Positions 10,269 to 17,562 of a DNA stretch of 64,000 nt are shown here, one piece after another (position 1 is the first letter of the stretch; every line of letters starts with the position of its first letter). A program made the position numbers and the translations under genes. The notes under the pieces were generated by a model. The model saw nothing but the letters and a program-made list of their open reading frames with translations. It made no database searches and had not been told where the DNA came from. This DNA comes from an uncultured Acidimicrobiia bacterium (GTDB taxonomy: Bacteria; Actinomycetota; Acidimicrobiia; Acidimicrobiales; SZUA-35): NCBI GenBank assembly GCA_965530755.1, contig CBESNA010000019.1, forward strand, positions 2,102-66,101, written 5' to 3'.

Positions 10269-10321
10269 GGGGCGTCCTGTTTCGATGCCCTTAGTGGCGT
10301 CGAGATCGGTGCAACAGACAT
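10265..10321 (-). CDS. Candidate 18-aa upstream leader ORF (MSVAPISTPLRASKQDAP)
   Basis: The minus strand reads TTAAGGAGACCATGCCCATG.... The second ATG lies 9 nt after the GGAG. The ORF ends in a TGA that overlaps the FNT ATG (ATGA). Confidence 0.3.
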   Translation of the reverse strand: MSVAPISTPLRASKQDAP

Positions 10322-10479
10322 GGGCATGGTCTCCTTAACCCGCTTCGGGGTTGTGGCGTTCCGTCACGGTTCAGAACCGAGCGCGGTCGATGGATGTTCT
10401 CGCGAGTGAGACGCGGCGAACCGGATCGAACAGGTGATGGGACACCAATCCGATCCGGACGTCGAAGGCGAGTACCGCC

Positions 10480-11244
10480 TCAGACCAGTGCCGGCTGAGC
10501 CTCTCGGGCGATTTCGCTGACCCGATCGCCTTGGAACCGGATGATCTTCTGGATCGTGGTCAAGACCAGAACGATCGAGATCAGGATCATTGCCAGGCCC
10601 GTCAGGCGAAGACCGGGGAGCCACGTACCCACTGCTCTGGTGAATCCGATGTTGGCCAGGTCTGCACCGGAAGCGGTGGATGGATCGGCGATGGCGCTGG
10701 GATCGACCCCACCGATCGAAACGGCGGCAGCAATCCCGATGACAAAGGCGACGATCTCGGTCATGACGCCCATCATCATCAGCATCGGTGTGGCCGTGCC
10801 GGTCCATGGCTTCTTCAACTGAAGCGGCTGAGCGCCGAGCGACGTCTGCACATCGCGTCCGGCATCACGGAGGTGCCTGACGATGTTGACGAGTGTCATC
10901 GTGATCGCTCCGAGGATCATGCCCATTCCGAGGAACAGGACTGCTCCGGTCAGCTGAACCAGCGCCTCTCCACGTCCAAGGTCGGCGGCGACCCCCGACG
11001 GCGAGAAGAAGTCACCAAAGTTCACGCCGCCGGCAATCGCGAGCCCGAGAGCGCCCAGCACAGCCATGGAGCCCATCCCGAGCATCGGCCAAGCCATCTT
11101 CTTGGCCATCGTCTGGACGGCATCGTCGCCCTTGTAGGGAATGGAGTTGTCTGTCGTAGCCACGGGGTGTCCTCCTCGAGTGTTGGATCCTTTTGCGTTG
11201 TTTGTCTTCGTTGTGTTCGTGTTGCGTTGCAGTAGGGAGGTCAT
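10480..11244 (-). CDS. Integral membrane protein, unknown family (two 2-TM repeat units)
   Basis: 254-aa ORF with an ATG start that overlaps the upstream stop (ATGA). Four predicted TM helices and an internal repeat are visible. Confidence 0.6.
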   Translation of the reverse strand: MTSLLQRNTNTTKTNNAKGSNTRGGHPVATTDNSIPYKGDDAVQTMAKKMAWPMLGMGSMAVLGALGLAIAGGVNFGDFFSPSGVAADLGRGEALVQLTGAVLFLGMGMILGAITMTLVNIVRHLRDAGRDVQTSLGAQPLQLKKPWTGTATPMLMMMGVMTEIVAFVIGIAAAVSIGGVDPSAIADPSTASGADLANIGFTRAVGTWLPGLRLTGLAMILISIVLVLTTIQKIIRFQGDRVSEIAREAQPALV

Positions 11245-11597
11245 GACGTTGCGCCTTTCGTGAGGATCGCCGGCAGGGATGACACCATGGCGTCACGGCG
11301 ATAGGAGATGGTCTTGCGGATGTTGCTCAGGGCGTAGGGCACTGCTCCGGCGAACATGACGGCCAAGCCGACGATGCCCAGCGGGTTCGCCCAGGCTCGG
11401 GTGGATGCCCACACACCCTGATCTCGCAGGGCATCAGCAGCGCTGGAGCTGGCCGGGAACAGGTCTGCCGCCGCCACGCCGGCGATGATCAGCGCGATGA
11501 ACGCCGCCGCCGCCACTATGGCTCCGACAAGTCCGACGGCGAGCGGCTCGTAGTTGACGCTGGCCCTTTCCGATGGGACTGGTTGTTTCGTTTTCAT
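11241..11597 (-). CDS. Integral membrane protein, unknown family (single 2-TM unit, paralogous to the neighbour)
   Basis: The ATG at 11597 is preceded by AAGGGGGA. The track start at 11633 is 12 codons longer. Two TM helices are predicted. Confidence 0.55.
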   Translation of the reverse strand: MKTKQPVPSERASVNYEPLAVGLVGAIVAAAAFIALIIAGVAAADLFPASSSAADALRDQGVWASTRAWANPLGIVGLAVMFAGAVPYALSNIRKTISYRRDAMVSSLPAILTKGATS

Positions 11598-11761
11598 CGT
11601 TCCCCCTTCAGAGGTGATAGTTCCGGTTGTCACACCAAAGAACCGGTCCGGGGTCCATCCAGAGCCACAAATGGCCGATCCGACGCAATCACCGACGACC
11701 TACGACAGAAAACGCCGTTGAATGGGTGCACGACAACGAGCAGAAATTGGAGACTGGCGCC

Positions 11762-13549
11762 ATGCGACGCATCGAGGACTACGCCCTGTTGAGCGACTCG
11801 AGATCTGCCGCGCTTGTCTCGAAGAGGGGATCAATCGACTGGCTCTGCTTCCCGCGCTTTGATTCCGGCGCATGCTTTGCGTCGTTGCTCGGCACACCGG
11901 ACAACGGTCACTGGTCGCTTGGCCCGGTCGAAGCCTCCCGAGTGGTGAGGAGCTACCGGGCGGGATCGCTCGTGCTCGAGACGATCCACTCAACGGCGAC
12001 CGGCGTCGTTGCCGTGATCGACGCGTTGGTGCCTGTGGGTGACGCACATCGCTTGGTGCGGCGCGTCGAAGGTCGCAGCGGCACCGTGGCGATGCGAACC
12101 GAGATGCGGGTCCGGTTCGACTACGGCAGCATCGTGCCCTGGGTCACCAGATCCGACGGTGCAGTATCAGCGGTGGCCGGCCCTGAGGCTCTCGTGCTGC
12201 GCACGCCCATCGAGTTGCACGGTGAGGGGTTCGCAACGGTCGGTGACTTCAGCGTGGGGACAGGTGATCTGGTCTCGTTTGAGTTGGTCTGGCACGAGTC
12301 ACACCAGGTCGCACCACCTCCGATCGCTGTCGACGACGCTGTCGAGGCGACGCTCGACTGGTGGCAGGAGTGGTCGAATCGGCTGACCTATGACGGCGCA
12401 TATCGCGACGAGGCCCGTCAATCCCTGACGGTTCTCAAGGGTCTTTCTCATGGGGCGACCGGCTCGTTCGTCGCTGCACCCACGACGTCGCTTCCTGAAT
12501 GGGTCGGGGGCTCTCGTAACTGGGACTATCGATACTGCTGGCTACGCGACGCGACGTTCACCTTGTTGGCGCTGCTGAAGGGCGGCTGCGTCGACGATGC
12601 CCGCTCCTGGCGGGATTGGCTCGTGCGTGCGGTGGCCGGTGAGCCGTCGCGGTTGCAGATCATGTACGGGCTCGCCGGTGAGCGACGGTTGCCCGAACTG
12701 GAGCTTCCGTGGTTGGACGGTTTCGAGGGCTCGAGACCGGTCAGAGTCGGCAACGGGGCCGCTGACCAAGTCCAACTCGACGTCTTCGGCGAGGTCATGG
12801 ACGCCATGCACCAGGCCCGACTGCACGGTTTGGCTCCCGAGGAGAATGCCTGGCGGGTGCAGGAAGCGATGATGGAGTGGCTCGAAGGCAACTGGCAGGA
12901 GCCCGACGAGGGCATCTGGGAGGTTCGTGGCGGCCGGGACCAATTCACCCATTCAAAGGTGATGGCCTGGGTGGCCTTCGACCGGGCGGTCAAGGCCGTC
13001 GAGCAGCACGGGCTCGGCGGGGACGCAGCGAAGTGGCGCAGACTGCGAGCGCAGGTGCACGCCGAGGTGTGCGCCAACGCCGTGGACCACCGTGGGGTGT
13101 TCACCCAGTCCTACGGCGGACACGCGCTCGATGCGTCGACACTGATGATCCCTCTCGTCGGTTTCCTCCCGGCAAACGACCCGAGGGTGGTGGCCACGGT
13201 GGAAGCCATTCAGAGCGAGCTCACCACCGACGGATTGGTGATGCGTTATCAGGTCGGTGACGCTGGCGACGGCGTCGGTGGAGAAGAAGGAGCGTTTCTG
13301 CTGTGCTCCTTCTGGCTCGTCGACTGTCTCGCAATGATGGGCCGGCCTGACGACGCCACGTCCCTCTACGAACGGCTTCTGGGTCTACGAAACGACGTCG
13401 GTCTCCTGGCCGAGGAGTACGACCCCGTCGCCGGCCAACAACTCGGGAACTTTCCCCAGGCCTTCTCCCACATCGCGATCGCCAGCAGCGCCATGACACT
13501 CTGCCCCGACCATGTCGGTCCCAACGAAGAACGAGGACTTCAGCCATGA
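11762..13549 (+). CDS. Glycoside hydrolase family 15 (glucoamylase/trehalase-like)
   Basis: From the ATG at 11762 the protein reads MRRIEDYALLSDSRSAALVSKRGSIDWLCFPRFDS, a typical GH15 N-terminus. The C-terminus has (alpha/alpha)6-barrel motifs (WDYRYCWLRD, EEGAFLLCSFW). Confidence 0.85.
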   Translation: MRRIEDYALLSDSRSAALVSKRGSIDWLCFPRFDSGACFASLLGTPDNGHWSLGPVEASRVVRSYRAGSLVLETIHSTATGVVAVIDALVPVGDAHRLVRRVEGRSGTVAMRTEMRVRFDYGSIVPWVTRSDGAVSAVAGPEALVLRTPIELHGEGFATVGDFSVGTGDLVSFELVWHESHQVAPPPIAVDDAVEATLDWWQEWSNRLTYDGAYRDEARQSLTVLKGLSHGATGSFVAAPTTSLPEWVGGSRNWDYRYCWLRDATFTLLALLKGGCVDDARSWRDWLVRAVAGEPSRLQIMYGLAGERRLPELELPWLDGFEGSRPVRVGNGAADQVQLDVFGEVMDAMHQARLHGLAPEENAWRVQEAMMEWLEGNWQEPDEGIWEVRGGRDQFTHSKVMAWVAFDRAVKAVEQHGLGGDAAKWRRLRAQVHAEVCANAVDHRGVFTQSYGGHALDASTLMIPLVGFLPANDPRVVATVEAIQSELTTDGLVMRYQVGDAGDGVGGEEGAFLLCSFWLVDCLAMMGRPDDATSLYERLLGLRNDVGLLAEEYDPVAGQQLGNFPQAFSHIAIASSAMTLCPDHVGPNEERGLQP

Positions 13550-13592
13550 CCACCTTGTTCACGTCAGCAGGCAGCCGACTAGCGTGACATTG

Positions 13593-14279
13593 ATGAGTTC
13601 GAGGTTGGCACGATACGGAGCCTGGCTTGCGTGCTGCTTGAGCCGCGGGCCACGTGCCCCTCTCGGCGAGAGCGATGTCGAGCTGTTGGCGAAGGAGATG
13701 GGGGAGGAGGCCTACGCCGGCGGCACGTTCGTCTTCCGCCAGGGAACAGCAGCGGCGAAGGTTCACGTCTTGCGGTCCGGGACAGTCGAACTGTCGAGAA
13801 CCGTCAAGGGCCGCCGGGTGACCCTCCAGGTTCTTCGGCCCGGCGATGTGTTCGGCGACGTCCCCGTCTTTCTGGGTGAGCCCGAGCCCTTCGATGCGCG
13901 CGCCGTCGAAGACTGCACGGTGCTGTCTCTGAGTGCCGATGAGCTCTACCAGCTGTTGCAGACCCGACCTCTCGTGGCCCGACGGTGGTTCGTCTCACTC
14001 GCCGAGCGCATGGCGGGACTCCAGAACCGCCTTGTCGACCTGCTCGCGGGAGGCATCGAGGCCCAACTCGCGTCGATCCTGCTCCGAGAGGCAGATAGCA
14101 ACGGCAGCGTCCACATAACCCAGAACAGCCTCGCCGGGATGCTGGGTGTTCAGCGCTCCAGCGTGCAACGTGTTCTGAAGCTGCTCGAGGCCGCCGGACT
14201 CATCGAGTTGCACTATCGCTGCATCGACCTCATCGACCAGGGTGGTCTGGTCTCGTTGCTCGAGGAACCTGACACCTAG
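13593..14279 (+). CDS. Crp/Fnr family transcriptional regulator
   Basis: A cNMP-binding-like segment (FRQGTAAAKVHVLRSGTVELS..GDVFGD) and a C-terminal HTH (SLAGMLGVQRSSVQRVLKLLEAAGLI) are present. The start is uncertain, lying between 13512 and 13593. Confidence 0.8.
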   Translation: MSSRLARYGAWLACCLSRGPRAPLGESDVELLAKEMGEEAYAGGTFVFRQGTAAAKVHVLRSGTVELSRTVKGRRVTLQVLRPGDVFGDVPVFLGEPEPFDARAVEDCTVLSLSADELYQLLQTRPLVARRWFVSLAERMAGLQNRLVDLLAGGIEAQLASILLREADSNGSVHITQNSLAGMLGVQRSSVQRVLKLLEAAGLIELHYRCIDLIDQGGLVSLLEEPDT

Positions 14280-14330
14280 ACCAGCAAGGCGGCCGGGCGG
14301 GGCTACCAGTGGCTGGCAACCGCACTGGTT

Positions 14331-14456
14331 GTGACGATCGCTGAGATCGCGTTCTTCGCCGGGTACCCCATCGTCAGCTACCTGCTCGATGCAGCAGCCG
14401 TCGTCCTCTTCTTCGGCAACCGCCGGGCGCGTGAACGCGTCGGCTCCGTCAGCTGA
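14331..14456 (+). CDS. Possible small hydrophobic protein, or an in-frame extension of the Crp ORF
   Basis: The frame stays open from the Crp TAG at 14277-14279 through to the TGA at 14454. It encodes ..YQWLATALVVTIAEIAFFAGYPIVSYLLDAAAVVLFFGNRRARERVGSVS. By hand count, codon third positions are about 85% G/C. No ATG is present; GTG at 14331 is the nearest conventional start. Confidence 0.3.
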   Translation: MTIAEIAFFAGYPIVSYLLDAAAVVLFFGNRRARERVGSVS

Positions 14457-14615
14457 GGCGACTGCAGGTGGACGGGCTCGACGTGTTCGCATGGCGGCGT
14501 CGCTGGTGTTCGTCGCGTTGGCCAGATGACCTGACGACGATGGTCGCGGTATTCGCCGCCGGGCACGAGGCCGGACACCACGATCCGCGATAGCAGCGGA
14601 TGTTAGAGTCCGCCG

Positions 14616-16184
14616 ATGTCGACGACTCCCGATCCGGTGATCCAAACACCCGCGACGGTGCAGATTCGCAGGCGGCTCGAGAAGCGGGTGGCTTTCAGCC
14701 TCTCCATGTTGGCTCGGCCAATGCGCACCTATCGCATGCTCCGCGACGAGAGCTTGGTCATTGCGTTCCCGAATTATCGCCGGCACGCGCAGCGCGTGGT
14801 CCGGCAGACCGTTGTCGGCCTCGTCTCGTTGGGGGGCCTGCTGATCTATGGGATCGTCTCTTCGACAATGTGGCTGACTGCGCTGGCGCTGGCGGCGCTG
14901 ACATCGGTGGTCGCCGCCGTCGTGTGGAACCGCTGGCACAGTGGGTCGACGGCACTCGTGCGGCGCGGATTGCCACCGGGCGAACTCACCGGCTTGGCGT
15001 GCCCGTTGCTCGATGTTGACCACCACCAGAGGCTCTTCGACGAACACGGCCCCACATTCACGACGAATCACCTCCACACACCGCTCGTCGCCGTGTACGG
15101 CCTCGAGAGAGGGCAGGGTGTGTTGCGTGAATGTCAGGCCGACCTCAGCCCGATGCCCCGTCCTGACAACTTCCTGGTCGAGGGCGGTTTCGTGAGGGTG
15201 CTCGAAGGCGACGACCATCGTCGGATGCGCGCCTCGCTTGCTCCTCTCTTCGCCGCCGGCGTTCTCGAACGACTCCGTCCCCGTGTCGAGGTGAGCGTCG
15301 ACGCGAGCCTGGCTGATTGGGATAGCGGCGGATCGCTGCTGCACCCCCGTCCGCTCGTAGAGCACCTCGTGCTGGACATGTGGCTGACGCTGTTCTTCGG
15401 ACCCAGCGAGCGCTACGAACCCGAGCGGCTGGCCCGGCTGGCAGACCTCTACCGCCAGATCGATCACCTGACTCCGACGCCGGAAATGCGCGACGTGCAG
15501 GACCAAATCGTCGAGGAGGTCCAGGCGCTCGGGCGCCTCCCTGACCTACCGAACTGTTTGTTGCGCGAACTCACGGCACGGTCTCCGGAGAGCCTCGACG
15601 ACCTCCCTCTGGTCGAGAACCTGGTGCATCTCGTCACATCGTCGCACGCCGACATGTCTGGGCTCTTCGATTGGATCGTGAAGTTCCTCGCCGACAACCC
15701 GAAGTGGATCGATCGTCTCCGTGGTTCAGCTCCCGAGCAGACAAAGATCAACGCCGACGCCTTCGTCTCCGAATCGCTCCGGCTCGCCCAGAGCGAAGTG
15801 TTGTTGCGCGTCACGAACCGGCCGACCAACGTTGAGGGCCACACCATCCCGCGCCGGTGGATGATTCGTGTGCTCGTGCGGGAGAGTCATCGCGACCCCG
15901 CAGCGTTCGAAGATCCGCTCGAATTTCGGCCGGAACGATTCGTATCGGAGAGCTACGGGCGCCTCGAGTACTCGCCGTTCGGGCTCGACGGGCGGTCGTG
16001 CATCGCCGAGAGCCTGGCGAGGATGGCGAGCGAGGTCTTCGTGACCGGCCTGGCGAGGCGATTCGATGTCGAAACAGTCGAGGACGGGCCGCTTCAACTC
16101 AGCATTCACCGTCACGCCGCGCCGAACCACCATTGGAAGGTCAGGCTCAGCCCAGCGCCGGTGGCTCGAGCCGGCACCGCGTAG
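14616..16184 (+). CDS. Cytochrome P450 with an N-terminal two-helix membrane anchor
   Basis: P450 motifs are present: ExxR (ESLR), PERF, and the Cys-ligand loop FGLDGRSCIAESLA. The N-terminal ~110 aa contain two hydrophobic helices (VVGLVSLGGLLIYGIVSS, WLTALALAALTSVVAAVVW). Confidence 0.9.
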   Translation: MSTTPDPVIQTPATVQIRRRLEKRVAFSLSMLARPMRTYRMLRDESLVIAFPNYRRHAQRVVRQTVVGLVSLGGLLIYGIVSSTMWLTALALAALTSVVAAVVWNRWHSGSTALVRRGLPPGELTGLACPLLDVDHHQRLFDEHGPTFTTNHLHTPLVAVYGLERGQGVLRECQADLSPMPRPDNFLVEGGFVRVLEGDDHRRMRASLAPLFAAGVLERLRPRVEVSVDASLADWDSGGSLLHPRPLVEHLVLDMWLTLFFGPSERYEPERLARLADLYRQIDHLTPTPEMRDVQDQIVEEVQALGRLPDLPNCLLRELTARSPESLDDLPLVENLVHLVTSSHADMSGLFDWIVKFLADNPKWIDRLRGSAPEQTKINADAFVSESLRLAQSEVLLRVTNRPTNVEGHTIPRRWMIRVLVRESHRDPAAFEDPLEFRPERFVSESYGRLEYSPFGLDGRSCIAESLARMASEVFVTGLARRFDVETVEDGPLQLSIHRHAAPNHHWKVRLSPAPVARAGTA

Positions 16185-16195
16185 CCCATCGACCG

Positions 16196-16645
16196 ATGCA
16201 GCGTGTTTGGGTGCGTGTCGCCGACCTTCGGATGCTTGCCGCCGCTGTTCCCGTGTCCATTTCTGTCCGGCGGGCGCTCCGCTCGCACCAAGACCTCTCT
16301 GCACTGCTCGCCTCCGTCGAGGCCGTGGCCTCAGCCCATCAGCCTCGCCGGTTTTGGGGCGCCCCGGCTCGTGTCCCGATCGTCGCGGGTTGGTGCTTTC
16401 GTTTCACCGACCGGTCGTGTGTCGGGCGGTCGCTCACGGCGTTCGCACTACTACGTCGCCAGGGAGCGTCACCCAGTTTCGTCAGCGGCGTCGTCGCCCT
16501 CGACCGCAGGGATACCAAGACGTTCCTCGACGGTCACGCGTGGGTCGAACTCGATGGTTCGCCGCTCGCGGACGCGGATCTCGCGGTGGCAAAGCGATAT
16601 CGCGAGATCTACCGCCATCCGCCGTCAGCTACGAGAGAGCGCTGA
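16196..16645 (+). CDS. Lasso-peptide-type B2 leader peptidase (transglutaminase-like cysteine protease)
   Basis: 149 aa, starting at an ATG 11 nt after the P450 stop. The sequence DRSCVGRSLTAFALLRRQGASPSFVSGV......LDGHAWVELDGSPL matches the Cys...His(AHAWVE-type)...Asp layout of PF13471 B2 proteins. Confidence 0.8.
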   Translation: MQRVWVRVADLRMLAAAVPVSISVRRALRSHQDLSALLASVEAVASAHQPRRFWGAPARVPIVAGWCFRFTDRSCVGRSLTAFALLRRQGASPSFVSGVVALDRRDTKTFLDGHAWVELDGSPLADADLAVAKRYREIYRHPPSATRER

Positions 16646-16780
16646 CTACGTGAGGCCGCTGCCGATCGACCCGGTGAGGGTGCTCCAGCCTGGATGTTCG
16701 GTGAGTGCCGGGGGCTCGTAGACCTCACGCTCGGTGGCCGCAGCCGTGGGGTCAGCGTCGCAATTCTCGTCTGGGTCCAT
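16646..16780 (-). CDS. Candidate RiPP precursor peptide, 44 aa (MDPDENCDADPTAAATEREVYEPPALTEHPGWSTLTGSIGSGLT)
   Basis: Hand-translated from the minus strand, since it is below the ORF-track size cut-off. ATG is at 16780 and TAG at 16648-16646. It lies 101 nt downstream of the RRE-fusion gene on the same strand. The motif Y21-x2-P24-x-L26-x9-T36-G37 reproduces the lasso leader positions Y-17/P-14/L-12/T-2 exactly. GC3 is about 80% by hand count. No strong SD is seen. Confidence 0.6.
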   Translation of the reverse strand: MDPDENCDADPTAAATEREVYEPPALTEHPGWSTLTGSIGSGLT

Positions 16781-16881
16781 TCGGTCAGGGTACTCAACGG
16801 GCTCGGTTGGCGCCAGCAAAGGACACCGTTGGCCATGTCGGAGGAAGGGTCCGCGACGATCTCGATGGGGTCGCAGCGGCC

Positions 16882-17562
16882 TCAGCCATCCGGCACGACC
16901 AGGCCAGCATCGGCGAGTTGGGCGACCAGGAGTGCCACGTCACGTCGAGCGGCCTCCTCGTCGACCGCAAATGTGGCGATGACGCGCTCGACGGCTGTCT
17001 CGATTCCTTCGTCGATCGACTCCCAGACCACCCTTCCGGCCGGGTTGAGATCGAAAATTCTCTGTGTGCGAGGATCGAGGAGCACCGAGCTTGGGTCGAG
17101 GTCGGTGTACCTGACCGCAGGATCTCGGCGCCAAGAGTGCGTCCGGCCCGGATAGGCGGCACCGTCATCTTGATTGGTGGCTGCGGCTGAGGCGTGCCGG
17201 TGCAACCAGAGCCAACGCTCATCGAGCCTGTGCAGACTCACTGTCCATCGGATCGGGACCGTCAGGGGATTGCCGTTCACGGAGAGATGGATGGTCAGCG
17301 ACGCTGCCACCGTTGCGGCATCACCGCGTCGGGTGAGGTGCCGCCAGTGCCACTCGAATCGTTCAGCGGTCGCCTCGGAGAAGTTCCGTTCGAACAGGCT
17401 CCGGATCTCGGCTCGGCCGGTGCACAACTCGTCGGCACCCGTGCCGATCAGCGAGATGTCATCACCCCCGTCGAACAACTCCATCAGCCCGTCGATGTCT
17501 TTCGCACAGTACGCGTCTGCGTAGACATCGAAGGTGGCGAGTATTTCAGTCTCTTCACTCAC
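16882..17562 (-). CDS. NTF2/SnoaL-like domain fused to a PqqD-family RiPP recognition element (lasso B1-like)
   Basis: The C-terminus LLDPRTQRIFDLNPAGRVVWESIDEG..ATFAVDEEAARRDVALLVAQLADAGLV matches the PqqD/RRE pattern. The N-terminal ~130 aa look like a DUF4440/SnoaL fold (FDVYADAYCAKDIDGLMELF...WLWLHRH). GTG at 17562 has a GGAG 7 nt upstream. The longest ORF starts at GTG 17610. Confidence 0.75.
   Translation of the reverse strand: MSEETEILATFDVYADAYCAKDIDGLMELFDGGDDISLIGTGADELCTGRAEIRSLFERNFSEATAERFEWHWRHLTRRGDAATVAASLTIHLSVNGNPLTVPIRWTVSLHRLDERWLWLHRHASAAATNQDDGAAYPGRTHSWRRDPAVRYTDLDPSSVLLDPRTQRIFDLNPAGRVVWESIDEGIETAVERVIATFAVDEEAARRDVALLVAQLADAGLVVPDG

Noticed and set aside
10269-10480. 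A possible riboswitch in the 210-nt leader of the FNT channel gene
   Set aside because: I could not match it to any riboswitch consensus I know. The only concrete feature is the SD-led mini-ORF, which is reported separately.
14468-14593. A 41-aa ORF (GTG start; ..FAWRRRWCSSRW...AGHEAGHHDPR) ending 22 nt before the P450 ATG, considered as an alternative P450 substrate peptide
   Set aside because: It has no SD and no recognisable leader motif for the RRE. Its third-position G/C (about 76% by hand count) is not distinguishable from chance ORFs in this genome. It is kept only as a note in case comparative data show conservation.
13995-15506. A 503-aa ORF on the minus strand, antisense to the P450 gene
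   Set aside because: It is a shadow ORF of the kind typical of GC-rich DNA. Its translation is Arg/Pro/His-rich with no recognisable motif. The plus-strand frame carries complete P450 motifs (ExxR, PERF, Cys loop).
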